From positions 3,410,001 to 3,474,000 of the forward strand of contig NC_073411.1 of the NCBI RefSeq assembly GCF_028641065.1: 64,000 nt of DNA, read 5' to 3'. Below, one piece after another: positions 12,721 through 25,612 of the stretch; positions within the stretch are counted from its first letter, which is position 1, and each line of letters begins with the position of its first letter. Source of the stretch: Leucoraja erinacea (taxonomy: Eukaryota). The translations under genes were made by a program, and so were the position numbers. Under the pieces are notes generated by a model. The model did not search any database. It had not been told where the DNA came from and saw only the letters and a list, made by a program, of their open reading frames with translations.

Positions 12721-13540
12721 TATTTATGGGAACGGAAAGAGGGTAAGGATAGGATATTGCAGCATTGCCAAATTCATAGCTCACAGTTTTCTATTTTATT
12801 ACACAGTGGTGCCTGTTGGGCTTCCTCCTTGTGGATTTTGGACAGCTTTGCTTTACAACTTGGCAAAGGCTGAAGAAGCCTGAAGTGCCTGTTAGTAATT
12901 GTGTGAGACATTCAAAAGGCAGCAGAAACATTGTAGTGTTTGCACAGAGTCACGCCATGATTAGCATACTGGCTTTAAAAAAAAACTATTTTAGTAATCC
13001 AGTGGTCTGGACTAACAAATCACAGATGTTTCATAGTTGCATAACCAGGCAAAAGTTTACCCCAAGCAATAGAGGTGAAGTTAGAAGAAGTAACTAAAGG
13101 CTTGGTCATGTTAGTGTGTTCCTAGAATCATGGGGAATTGAGTGGTAACTATCGTGCTTGAATGACGAGAGTCACAGGTCAGAATTAAAGAAATGGAGGG
13201 ATGCTGCAATACTCTAGGTCTGCATGAAGTTATAAATGAGACTTTGATATTAGAGATACAGCGTGGAAACAGGCCCTTCGGCCCACCGAGTCCGTGCTGA
13301 CCAGCGATCACCACGTACACTGGGAACAATTTTTACCGAAGCCAATTAACCTGCAGACCTGTACGTCTTTGGAGTGTGGGAGGAAACGCAAGCACCCCAC
13401 ACGATCACAGGGAGAACGTACAAACTCCCTCCAGGCAGTACCCATACTCAGGATGGAACCTGGGTCTCTGGCGCTGGATAGCAGCAACTCTGCCACTGTA
13501 CCACCTCCACAGAGGTGGGGGTGCAGGCATGGGAAATTGA

Positions 13541-13740
13541 GAAGAAGGGTGCCGACCCAAAACGTCACCTATTCTGTTAGATAGAAGGGTCCTGACCTGA
13601 AACTTCACCTATCCATGTTGGAAGAAGAGTCCCAACCGGAAACATCACTACCCCTGTTCGGAAAAAGGGTCCTGAAGCAAAACATCACCTATCCACATTA
13701 GGAAGAAGGGTCGCAACCTAAAACCTCCTCTGTCCATGTT
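13541..13740 (+). repeat. Five degenerate 40-bp tandem units derived from the Penelope-like hammerhead core
   Basis: Units at 13541, 13581, 13621, 13661 and 13701; consensus approx. gaagaagggtcc.gacc.gaaac.tcacctatcc.tgtt.g. Confidence 0.75.
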
Positions 13741-13989
13741 CTCCAGGATGCTGCCTGACCCACTGAGTTACTCCAGTATTTTGTGTCTTCGTAAACCAGC
13801 ATCCGCAGTTCCTTGTTTCTTTCTACATGAGAAATTGAAATGCAGATTATGTTTAATGAGCAAGTAAAAGAGGAAGAAGGAAGCAGAGGATAGAAAAACA
13901 AGAATTAACTCACTTTTGACCCATTAACCTGTTAATGTTAACGTGTTCCTCTGCTCTAATGGAGATGTTGCTCATAAGGTCAAACGTCA

Positions 13990-14730
13990 TAGGAGCAGAA
14001 TTAGGCCATTTGGCCCATCAAGTCTACTGTGCCATTTAATCATGGCAGATCTATCTCTCCCTCCTAACCCCATTCTCCTGCCTTCTCCCCATAACCTCTA
14101 ACACCTGTACTAATCAAGAATCTATTTATCTCTGCCTTAAAATCATACATTGACTTGGTAGACAAAAATGCTGGAGAAACTCAGCGGGTGAGGCAGCATC
14201 TGTGGAGCGAAGGAAACAGGCAACGTTTCGGCCCGAAACGTTGCCTATTTCCTTCGCTCCATAGATGCTGCCGCACCCGCTGAGTCTCTCCAGCATTTTT
14301 GTCTACCTTCGATGTTGCAGCATCTGCAGTTCCTTCTTGAATACATTGACGTGGCATCCACAGCCTTCTGTGGCAATGAATTCCATAGATTCACCACCCT
14401 CTGACTAAAGAAATTCCTCCTCATCTCCTTCCAAAAGGAACATCCTTTAGTTATGAGGCTGTGACCTCTGTTCCTAGACTCTTCCCCCAATTGGAAACAT
14501 TCTCTCCACATCCACTCTATCCTGGCCTTTCACTATTCGGTAAGTTACAATGAGGTCTCCCCTCATCCTTCTAAACTTCAGTGAGTACAGGCCCAGTGCT
14601 GTCAACTCATCGTATGTTAACCCACTTATTCCCGGGATCATTCTCATAAACCACCCCTGGACCCTCTCCAGAGCCAGCACATCCTTCCTCAGATATGGGG
14701 CCCAAAATTGCTTACAATACTCCAAATGCA
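13990..14730 (-). mobile_element. CR1-type LINE 3' fragment with nested palindromic pLTR (14159-14340)
   Basis: HLEYCKQFWAPYLRKD...RMRGDLI; nested hairpin flanked by atacattgac(t/g)tgg duplication. Confidence 0.8.
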
Positions 14731-14943
14731 TAGCTGTACATTACTGTACATTAGGGCAGTAAGTTGCGAGTTTCCAAATGCTAACATAATGGCAGGAGTA
14801 ATTGTTGTGAAAGCCTTGGAGCCACGCACCCTTTAGTCATCGTGGACGATAAGAAACTGTGTTAACTGGATGATATTTCAAAACATTTCAAATAGTTGAC
14901 AAATTGTCCTTGCTTTACTATGGGTAACTCTTTTGTTTTCCAG

Positions 14944-15076
14944 GTCTGTTGTATCATAATGACCTCTGTGTACCAGTTACAAGGGCAGAGGCAGATTGGA
15001 TCAAGCACATTGTGGAAAGAGCTGTACGCAGATTTCTGCCTGATGCAATTATAACGTTAACAGGCGGCTTCCGAAG
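14944..15076 (+). CDS. POLM: DNA polymerase mu, exon 7 (palm, TGGFRR)
   Basis: ttccag|...|gttaga; 133 nt, phase 1-2; (G)LLYHNDLCVPVTRAEADWIKHIVERAVRRFLPDAIITLTGGFR(R). Confidence 0.93.
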
Positions 15077-15499
15077 GTTAGAGCATTGTAGTTTTCGTTT
15101 GCATCATAGTTTTGTCTTCTCATTTCTGTACAAGCTTGAAGCCCAGCAGCTGGGAAAGGAATTTTGGATTAGTGAGATCTTTATTGTGACGTGTACAGAG
15201 ATACAGCAAGATGCTCGTTCTGCGTGCTATCCATCAAATCATAACATACAATGATATAGTCTGAAGAAGGGTCTCGACCCGAAACGTCACCCAGTCCTTC
15301 TCTCCAGAAATGCTGTATTTTGTGTCTGTCATTAATATAATAGATTGACTTCCGAAACAGCATGCAGTCGCCACAAACCGGCTCCAGCTTGCAATTTCCA
15401 AGTCTCTGAAATGTCCGATCTAGAGCTAAGGAGACAGTCAATTCTTGTATCTTGCCGTAAACATTAAGAAAATCATGATCCTGATCTCCAAAAATAAAT

Positions 15500-16075
15500 A
15501 ATTTGTAGGACGGAACTGCAGATGCTGGTTTAAACTGAAGATAGACACAAAAAACTGGAGTCACTCAGCGGGAGATGCAGCATCTCTGAAGCAAAGGAAT
15601 GGGTGATGTAGAGACCGTTCCCTCCGCAACTCCCTGTTTAACTCATCCCTTCCCACCCAAACCACCCCTGTCCCGGCACCTATCCCTTCAACCGCAGAAG
15701 ATGCAATACCTGTCGCTATACCTCCTCCATCGACTCTGTCCAGGGACCCCAACAGTCCTTTCAGGTTAGGAAGAGGGTGGTGAATCTTCAGGTAGCCCCG
15801 ATACTCCCTCTCTCTCTATCCCTTCCCCACCCAAGTCGCACTAGCTTCTCATTCTCACCCTTCAAATGGCCAACAATGGCCTGCTTCCTTTATTATTGTA
15901 ACTTTTTTGCATATCTTTCATTCATTGTTTTTTATCCCTCCACATCACCATGTTATATCTCTCTTTTCCATTATCCCTAATCAGTCTGAAGAAGGGTCTC
16001 GACCCGAAACGTCACCCATTCTTTTTCTTTAGAGATGCTGCCTGCCTCGCTGAGTTATTCCAGCTTTTTGTGTCA
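15500..16075 (+). mobile_element. Penelope-like element remnant (Cys-rich linker fragment, 3' UTR, hammerhead-containing pLTR)
   Basis: 15610-15775 encodes DRSLRNSL...PGTYPFNRRRCNTCRYTSSIDSVQGPQQSFQVR (one frameshift); followed by ctgaagaagggtctcgacccgaaacgtc at 15986-16013. Confidence 0.7.
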
Positions 16076-17036
16076 ATCTCCAAAAAGACATGCTCTGTAG
16101 TTACACTTGTCTCATTGACAAAGGGACAATTTTGAAATATGCTGTTGTGTCATCCTGAACCCCAGAAATGTAGTAACATTGTTAGATCTACATCACACTG
16201 ACTTATTTGTTTTGGATTTAACTGGGTGGGTATATAGGCCTCCCAGGTTATGAATGCCCAAGTTATGGATATCTCATATTTCAGATTCAGATTCAGATTC
16301 AATTTTAATTGTCATTGTCAGTGTACAGTACAGAGACAACGAAATGCATTTAGCATCTCCCTGGAAGAGCGACATAGCAAATGATTTGAATATTACGATT
16401 GAGTTCTAATAAATATTATTCAATTCAAATGAAGCACAAATGAACAGACCCCATTGTCTCTTATAAACACGGGCAGTCGGTTTCACTGGGGGAGATTGAG
16501 AGAGTTGCTTTGGAAACTGATAAGCACTCGTGCCCATTGACACTTGTCCAACAAGTCCATTGTGCAATGTAACAGTCACTGACACGAGCATTGAAACCAG
16601 CCATAAAGCATGGGACATCCTGTTTCTGTACCATTGTGACCTGGCTGGGGAAGAAAATAAAATAAATAGTAATGGAAGATAGACACAAAATACTGGCGTG
16701 ACTCAGCGGGAGAGGCAGCATCTCTGGAGAGAAGAAATGGGTGACGTTTTGGGTTGAGACCCTTCTTCAGACCAGATTAATATTAATGTTCCCTAATGTG
16801 TCCTTAATTGGCCCTTCCCAACGCCATTCATTACAATACAATCACAATAATACTTTATTAGCCAAGTATGTTTTGCAACATACGAGGAATTTCATTTGCC
16901 TAGTCGGTCATCATGCAAATAAAAAGTAACAGAACACATAAAATGCATTTTAACATAAACATCCACCACAGTGACTCCTCCACATTCCTCACTGTGATGA
17001 AAGGCGAAAAAAAGTTCAATCTCTTCCCTTCTTTGA

Positions 17037-17543
17037 CAATAGACAGTAGGTGCAGGAGTAGGCCATTCAGCCCTACGAGCCAGCACCGCCATTTAATGTG
17101 ATCATGGCTGATCATCCCCAATCAGTACCCCGTTCCTGCCTTCTCCCCATATCCCCTGACTCCGCTATTATTAAGAGCTCTATCCAGCTCTCTCTTGAAA
17201 GCATCCAGAGAACCTGCCTCCACCGCCCTCTGAGGCAGAGAATTCCACAGACTCACAACTCTCTGTGAGGAAAAAGTGTTTCCTCGTCTCCGTTCTAAAT
17301 GGCTTACTCCTTATTCTTAAACTGTGGCCCCTGGTTCTGGACTCCCCCAACATCGGGAACATGTTTCCTGCCTCTAGCGTGTCCAAACCCTTAACAATCT
17401 TATATGTTTCAATAAGGTTCCCTCTCATCCTTCTAAACTCCAAAGTGTACAAGCCCAGCTGTTCCATTCTCTCAGCATATGACAGTCTTGCCATCCGGGG
17501 AATCAACCTTGTAAACCTACGCTGCACTCCCTCAATAGCAAGA
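17037..17543 (-). mobile_element. CR1-type LINE 3' fragment nested in the GC-rich repeat
   Basis: QRRFTRLIP...RMRGNLIETYKI on the minus strand; host repeat continues on both sides. Confidence 0.82.
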
Positions 17544-17874
17544 ATTGCTCTCCCACGGTCGGGGGCCTCGAGCCCTCCGTTGACGGGACAATCTTGACTC
17601 TCGTAGCCGGCGGCGTTTGGACCCTCTGCATCGGAGCGATCAGCTCTTGCATCGGGGGGAATGTCAGCTCCCCCGCGCCATCGATTGAACCCCGGATCGG
17701 GGCTGGTCGAGCCTCTGTGTCGTTGGAGCCTCTCGACTCGGCCTCACAATACTGTGGCGGCATGGTTACCAAATCAAGTCGTCTTTGTTTTTTTCTTTTT
17801 TCCAATTTTGTGAACAAAATTGATTTGGGGACGTCTGTAAAAATGGAATCCATCCATAACCCGAGGGTGGCCTG

Positions 17875-20300
17875 CAAAAAGGCAGACCAATTGAATAATT
17901 ACTTTGGTTCTGTCTTCACTAAGGAAGACATAAATAATCTGCCGGAAATAGCAGGGGACCGGTGGTCAAATGAGATGGAGGAACTGAGTGAAATCCAGGT
18001 TAGCCAGGAAGTGGTGTTCGGTAAATTGAATGGATTAAAGGCCGATAAATCCCCAGGGCCAGATAGGCTGCATCCCAGAGTACTTAAGGAAGTAGCCCCA
18101 GAAATAGTGGATGCATTAGTGATAATTTTTCAAAACTCTTTAGATTCTGGAGTAGTTCCTGAGGATTGGAGGGTAGCTAATGTAACCCCACTTTTTAAAA
18201 TGGGAGGGAGAGAGAAAACGTGGAATTACAGACCAGTTAGTCTAACGTCGGTGGTGGGGAAACTGCTAGAATCAGTTATTAAAGATTGGATAGCAGCACA
18301 TTTGGAAAGTGGTGAAATCATTGGACAAAGTCAGCATGGATTTATGAAAGGTAAATCATGTCTGACGAATCTTATAGAATTTTTCGAGTATGTAACTAGT
18401 AGAGTGGATAAGGGAGAACCAGTGGATGTGTTATATCTGGACTTTCAGAAGACTTTCGACAAGGTCCCACATAAGAGATTAGTATACAAACTTAAAGCAC
18501 ACGGTATTGGGGGTTCAGTATTGATGTGGATAGAGAACTGGCTGGCAGACAGGAAGCAAAGAGTAGGAGTAAACGTTCACAATGGCAGGCAGTGACCAGT
18601 GGGGTACCGCAAGGGTCAGTTCTGGGACCCCAGCTATTTACGATATATATTAATGATTTGGACGAGGGAATTGAATGCAACATCTCCAAGTTTGCGGATG
18701 ACACGAAGCTGGGGGGCAGTGTTAGCTGTGAGGAGGGTGCTAGGAGGCTGCAAGGTGACGGATAGGCTGGGTGAGTGGGCAAATGCATGGCAGATGCAGT
18801 ATAATGTGGATAAATGTGAGGTTATCCACTTTGGTGGCAAAAACAGGACAGTAGACTATTATCTGAATGGTGGCCGATTAGGAAAAGGGGAGATAATGAT
18901 GAAGCCGAATTTTAGTTAAAAATATAAGAAGATATTAAATTGACTTCTGGGCTAGCTTACAGTTTATATTTAGTCTCAAATTAGGCTTGTCTAAGGTTGC
19001 GGGGTGTGGGAGATAATAAATCCTATAACATTGTCTTCCAAGTGACAGGCAGAGAGAAGGAGCTAAAGATATCTTTGAAGTAGAGATCAAATGACCAATG
19101 TTTATGGGGAGGAGGCAATAAAGGAAGAGAGAAATAGCCAGTCACATCTTTGTAAACAAATTACCTATGTTTATGAGGGACCAAATGACAGAGGAAGCAG
19201 CGAAGAGAGCTGGGGTGGTCTATTTGGAGATAAACAAATGGACAATGTTTTTAGTATATCTTGTACCATGTAAAAAAAAGGTTTGATGTGATGCATTCTG
19301 TGGAAACCTTTTCCAGTACTTCTGACCATGACTAATGTCTGTGGAATGTGATAAGGGGACAAAAAACCTATTTAAAGCAATGTAATTCTGTTGTTCAGGG
19401 AAGGTGACTGAGGACAGTCAAGTGTCTGTGTTGGTCACTTGACTGGAGTTCTCCCTCCCTTCCATCGGCCGATGTTAAGTAAAGTTTTGAACTGGTCTAC
19501 CAAACAGTTTGTGTGGTGTCTGTTTATTAAGAAGCGAACCTGGTTTAGTAGTTAAGATAAGTAGCTTTTTCAATGCAACGAGACCTGGGTGTCATGGTAC
19601 ACCAGTCATTGAAAGTAGGCATGCAGGTGCAGCAGGCAGTGAAGAAAGCGAATGGTATGTTAGCATTCATAGCAAAAGGATTTGAGTATAGGAGCAGGGA
19701 GGTTCTACTGCAGTTGTACAGGGTCTTGGTGAGACCACACCTAGAGTATTGCGTACAGTTTTGGTCTCCTAATCTGAGGAAATACATTCTTGCCATAGAG
19801 GGAGTACAGAGAAGGTTCACCAGACTGATTCCTGGGATGTCAGGACTTTCATATGACGAAAGACTGGATAGACTCGGCTTGTACTCGCTAGAATTTAGAA
19901 GATTGAGGGGGGATCTTATAGAAACTTACAAAATTCTTAAGGGGTTGGACAGGCTAGATGCAGGAAGATTGTTCCCGATGTTGGGGAAGTCCAGGACAAG
20001 GGGTCACAGTTTGAGGATAAGGGGGAAATCTGTTAGGACCGAGATGAGGAAAACATTTTTTCACACAGAGAGTGGTTAATCTGCAGAATTCTCTGCCACA
20101 GAAGGTAGTTGAGGTCAGTTCATTGGCTATATTTAAGAGGGAGTTAGATGTGGCCCTTGTGGCTAAAGGGATCAGGGGGTATGGAGAGAAGGCAGGTACA
20201 GGATACTGAGTTGGATGATCAGCCATGATCATATTGAATGGCGGTGCAGGCTCGAAGGGCCGAATGGCCTACTCCTGCACCTATTTTTCTATGTTTCTAA
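17875..20300 (+). mobile_element. 5'-truncated CR1 LINE ORF2 (reverse transcriptase), frameshifted and interrupted
   Basis: [50 protein letters not shown]; (tttctatg) tail. Confidence 0.93.
18897..19572 (+). mobile_element. Putative solo LTR inserted into the CR1 RT
   Basis: Splits the CR1 codons GKGE|MQRDLG; TG...CA termini; TATA-like tatttaaa; homologous to 11182-11766. Confidence 0.65.
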
Positions 20301-20861
20301 GGGGAACTGGAGTAAATGAAGCTGTGTGGGAAATGCCATTTGGAATCACCATGAATAGTGTGCCTTGTTAGCAGTGTCAGCAACCACTGATCCCATTCTA
20401 ACCAACATTATGGTGGTGTTAGAGCTACTGCCTCACAGCGCCAGAGACCGGGTTGGATCCTGACCACGGGTGCTGTCTGTACAGAGTTTGTACGTTCTCC
20501 CTGTAACCTGCGTGGTTTTTTTTCCAAGATCTTCACAGTTTCCTCCCACACCAAAATGACATACAAGTTTGTAGGTTAATTGCCTTGGTATGAATATTTT
20601 TACAATGTAAAAATTGATCCAAGTGTGTGTAGGGTAGAGTTGATGTACAGGGATCGCTGGTCGTTGCAGATTTGATGGGTTGAAGGGCCTTTTTCTGTGA
20701 TGTTTCTCTAAACAAAACTAAAGTCATTTGAAAACAACACTATTATTTAATGGTTCACTTCATTATCTTTTTGTCTTTCCTCCATAGAAAGAGATTTGTC
20801 TATTATTTTGGATACGCCTTTCAGTTTCCTAATTGGTTTTGTGTTCAATTGTATTCATCAG

Positions 20862-20964
20862 GGGGAAGGAGTGTGGTCACGACGTTGATCTTCTCATAAC
20901 CCACCCAGACGAAGGCAAAGAGGAGGGTATTATATACCAAGTGGTTAATTGGATGACCACCAAG
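20862..20964 (+). CDS. POLM: DNA polymerase mu, exon 8 (catalytic GHDVD)
   Basis: catcag|...|gtagga; 103 nt, phase 2-0; GKECGHDVDLLITHPDEGKEEGIIYQVVNWMTTK. Confidence 0.93.
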
Positions 20965-21651
20965 GTAGGACTGGTAGATTTTTACTAACATTGGCAATGT
21001 CCAGTGGATAATTGAAAGTTCATCCACCTTGACCTGGAAGCATATCCAAACTATTCTATAGCCACATCCAAGGGAGTGAGATCCAATCTTTCCTTGAAAT
21101 GAGTTAATAATCCCAAAGCTTGTGAAGAGCATGCTGCAAAATACACTGTAAATTTAGAGTCTGTTTAGGTCTATTATTGTCATGTGTACAGAGGTATGGT
21201 GAATAGCTCTGTTTTATATACAGTCCAATTAAATCAGAATATTATCGTCAAATACCTAGAGTAAAGGGGAAGATACAGAGTGCAAAATACAGTTCTTGGC
21301 ACCAGTTCCTGAGATAAAGTCCAATGGCTGCAATGAGGTAGAACTACGGCCTTACAACTCCAGAGACCTGGGTTTGATTCTGACTAGGGGTGCTTGTCTG
21401 TACGGAGTGTGTACATTCTCCCTGTGGAGCAGCACGCTTAGTTGGGGATTAAATTGTGCAAAATTATCTTAGTTTACTTTTTTAGTTTAGTTTGGAGAAA
21501 CAATGTAGAAATTGGCTCTTCGGCCCACCGTCTCCATGCCGACCAAAGATCAACCATGCACTTGTTCTACCCCATACACTAGGGACAATTTTCAAAAGCT
21601 AATTAACCTACAAACCTGCACGTGTTTGGAATGTGGGAGGAAACCGGAGCA

Positions 21652-22262
21652 TTTAGGAGCAGGGAGGTTCTACTGCAGTTGTACAGGGTCGTGGTGAGAC
21701 CACACCTGGAGTATTGCGTACAGTTTTGGTCTCCAAATCTGAGGAAGGACATTATTGCCATAGAGGGAGTGCAGAGAAGGTTCACCAGACTGATTTCTGG
21801 GATGTCAGGACTGTCTTATGAAGAAAGACTGGATAGACTTGGTTTATACTCACTAGAATTTAGGAGATTGAGAGGGGATCTTATAGAAACTTACAAAATT
21901 CTTAAGGGGTTGGACAGGCTAGATGCAGGAAGATTGCTCACGATGTTGGGGAAGTCCAGGACAAGGGGTCACAGCTTAAGGATAAGGGGGAAATCCTTTA
22001 AAACCGAGATGAGAAGAACTTTTTTCACACAGAGAGTGGTGAATCTCTGGAACTCTCTGCCACAGAGGGTAGTCGAGGCCAGTTCATTGGCTATATTTAA
22101 GAGGGAGTTAGATGTGGCCCTTGTGGCTAAGGGGATCAGAGGGTATGGAGAGAAGGCAGGTACGGGATACTGAGTTGGATGATCAGCCATGATCATATTG
22201 AATGGCGGTGCAGGCTCGAAGGGCCGAATGGCCTACTCCTGCACCTAATTTCTATGTTTCTA
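21652..22262 (+). mobile_element. Young CR1 3' fragment inserted in a minus-strand SINE
   Basis: Open ORF2 C-terminus; SINE sequence aaaccggag resumes as ccggagaaaacc after the tail. Confidence 0.88.
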
Positions 22263-23071
22263 TCCGGAGAAAACCTACGCGGTCACATGGAGAATGTACA
22301 AACTCCACTCAGACAGCACCCGTGGTCAGGATTGAACCCGGGTTTCCGGAGCTGTGAGACAGCAACTCTCCCGCTGCACCCCTGTGCTGCCCTTCTTCAG
22401 ATTTGTCCCAGTGTAGTTTTGCTTATTTTTAAAATTCCCTTGATTGTGATTGAATCTATTCTGGATAATATTGCCGAACTCTACTCATCTCGAGTAATAA
22501 CTTGGTGGTATATAATAGGATATCGCCCCACCTCTTAATTTTTGATCTGCTTTATCTTTAGTCCACCATTTTGGTTGAAGTTATCCTACAAATCTTAGCA
22601 GGGTGGTGGTGAGTGTATGGACGGAGCTGCCAGAGGAGGTAGTTGAGGCAGGTACTATCACAACATTTAAAAGACATTTGGAGAAGGTATATGGATGGGA
22701 AAAGTTTAGAGGGATATGGGCAGGTGGGACTACGGTAGATGGGGCATCCTGGTCAACATGGACAGGTTGAGCCGAAGGGCCTATTTCTGTGCAGTGTGAC
22801 TATGACTTTAACATAACTGATTGATGTTAGGATGGCCGCAAAAGCCATGCTTTTGTTGTTTTCCACAAACTTTATTCCTAATTTCTGTCCTCACCTCCCT
22901 GCCCCCTTTCTTGAGCTGAATTAGTGTAGGTGAAACCTAGTTTAATCATAACCTTCACTCCAAACACCATCTTTCTATTTCTCAATACTTATATTCACCT
23001 CCATAACATTACTGACTGCCATATCTATTCCTGTGCAGCAAGGAATCTTATCTGTGCTTTTGTTATCTTTA

Positions 23072-23358
23072 TGGACCTGTCCCACTTACGCGACCTTTTC
23101 GGAGACTACCGGCACCTGTCATAGGTCGTTGCAGGTGGCCGAGAATTTTCAACATGGAAAGACGCTACGACTCTTTGGGCGACTGAGGAGACGACTCACG
23201 ACTACTGGCGACATGTCGCGGGGTGAAGCCTGTATGGTCGTGAGTAGTCGCCCAAAGAATCGTAACCTGTTCTGGTCGCCGCTGGATTTTCAACATGTTG
23301 AAACCTATGACGGGGTGCCGGCAGTCGCCAAAAAAATCGCGTAAGTGGGACAGGCCCA
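23072..23358. mobile_element. PIF/Harbinger-like MITE (copies at ~34449-34750 and ~50036-50329)
   Basis: TIR (t)gg(a/g)cctgtcccacttacgcga; TTA/TAA flanks. Confidence 0.75.
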
Positions 23359-23829
23359 TAAGTCTTGATAATTTTCACTTACCTGTCCAGTCTTAACATC
23401 CTAATCAAGCTCCAAACTGTTTAAAACATGCCGGTCAAAATTACAACCTTGCTGAGCATCACTGGTGACCTGCACCTTCCTCTGATCTCTCAAAGCATTT
23501 AAGAGTAAAAGTCGCATCACCTCAGCAACTTTCTGCAACTATGTCCCCCCTGATTCTGCACTCAATTTGTGCCTCACTTTTAGTAACGGTGTCAAACCCT
23601 GAAAAACCTCTTGATTTTAATGTTTTGTGTATGCTTTTCCCCCCCAACTATCTTCATGTTAAGATTTGTTGAAGAAGATTTGAAGGAATGGGTTGCAAAG
23701 CAAAGTTAATAATGAAAGTCTTGTAGAATTATTAACACAGCTTAAGAAGTATTGTTGCTGAATCCCGTTCACCCAAACAGCCAGATTCTTAATGAAAGTT
23801 ATCAACAAGTCAGATATTTCTCATGGTGA

Positions 23830-24243
<414 letters not shown>

Positions 24244-25228
24244 TAAACACCCCGGTTTATTTCAGAGTACGTAAACCAAATTCTTCATTTCTGAAATAGA
24301 TTGATCAGAGGTGGCATCTCTGGAGAACATGGAGAGGATGTTTCCGTTCGGGGACCAACCTTCTGAAATGAAGATAGACACAAAATGCTGGAGTAACTCA
24401 GCGGGGACAGGCAGCATCTCTGGAGAGAAGGAATGGGTGACATTTCGGGTAGACACTTTTCTTCAGAGGTCTTGACCTGAAACATCACCCATTCCTTCTC
24501 CATAGATGCTGCCTGTCCCGCTGAGTTACTCCAGCATTTTGTGTCACTCTTTGATGTAAACCAGTTCTTTCCTGCACATCCTTCTGAAATGAGTTGCTTG
24601 ATATGAGCTGGAATGTCGGGAAACTCCAGACTGGATCAGCACCCCTCATACATGCCAGCAGGCACCCAGGAGATACCATTTGAATGTAATATGCACATCG
24701 CTTCTAAAAGGGCTTCTGTTTTTAGCTGAAGATTAACTATTTTATTAAAGCTAGGGCACTACATGAGCAGGGGTTGATGGATGGCTGGCAACTGGGGACC
24801 CTGTAGCCTGCAGATGCTGGAAACCTGAGCAATAAACAAAGTGCTGGAGGAACTCGGTGGGTCAGGCAGCACCCATGGAGGGAGTGGATAGACCACATTT
24901 TGGTTTCTCGACACAGAAGACATTTCCCAACCCAAAACGCAATCTGTCCAAGACTATTAAATGTGTAGGAAGGAACTGCAGACACTGGTTTACACTGAAG
25001 ATAAACACAGAATGCTGGAGTAACTCAGAGGGACAGGCAGCAGAGAAGGAATGGGTGATGTTTCGGGACAAAACCCTTCTTTAGACTACTAAATGGTTGG
25101 AATAAAAAGAGAACAAAGTGTAGATTCTGGAAATGTAGTGAAACAGGTGCAGAGATTTATTCAACTTGTTAGGGAATAACTCCGTTTTGAATGTAATTTT
25201 AAATGGCTTGTTTCCTGCTGTCTTGCAG

Positions 25229-25312
25229 CTCTTCGAACGAGACCTGCGCAGATATGCCAAGCACGTAAAGAACATGAGTCTCAGCAGCCATTCTTTGTTT
25301 GACAATGAGCAG
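25229..25312 (+). CDS. POLM: DNA polymerase mu, exon 10, copy A (thumb)
   Basis: ttgcag|...|gtagga; 84 nt; LFERDLRRYAKHVKNMSLSSHSLFDNEQ. Confidence 0.93.
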
Positions 25313-25377
25313 GTAGGAAGTAATCTAAGCTTCTCTCTCGGCCTGCCAAACAGGGTTAAAGGAGGGGAATCCACCCA

Positions 25378-25612
25378 GCTGACTGAGATGGTGACTGTCT
25401 GACTGTGAGATGCTGACTGTCTGTGTTTGAGACGCTGACTGTCTGACTGTGAGATGCTGACTGTGAGATGCTGACTGTGAGATGCTGACTGTGAGATGCT
25501 GACTGTGAGATGCTGACTGAGACGCTGACTGTCTGAGATGCTGACTGTCTGAGACGCTGACTGTCTGAGACGCTGACTGTCTGACTGTGAGATGCTGACT
25601 GACTGTGTCTGT
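25378..25612 (+). repeat. Minisatellite, approx. 14-bp unit GCTGACTGTGAGAT and variants
   Basis: Directly visible tandem array in POLM intron 10; shorter in copies B (~37326-37420) and C (~52894-52980). Confidence 0.9.

Noticed and set aside
13541-13740. CRISPR-like regularly spaced repeats
   Set aside because: Vertebrate context; the units are contiguous and degenerate with no unique spacers, and there are no cas genes.
17594-18595. 333-aa ORF as a host gene or active retrotransposon
   Set aside because: Fusion of unrelated repeat sequence to a 5'-truncated CR1 RT that is frameshifted near 18575 and interrupted at 18897.
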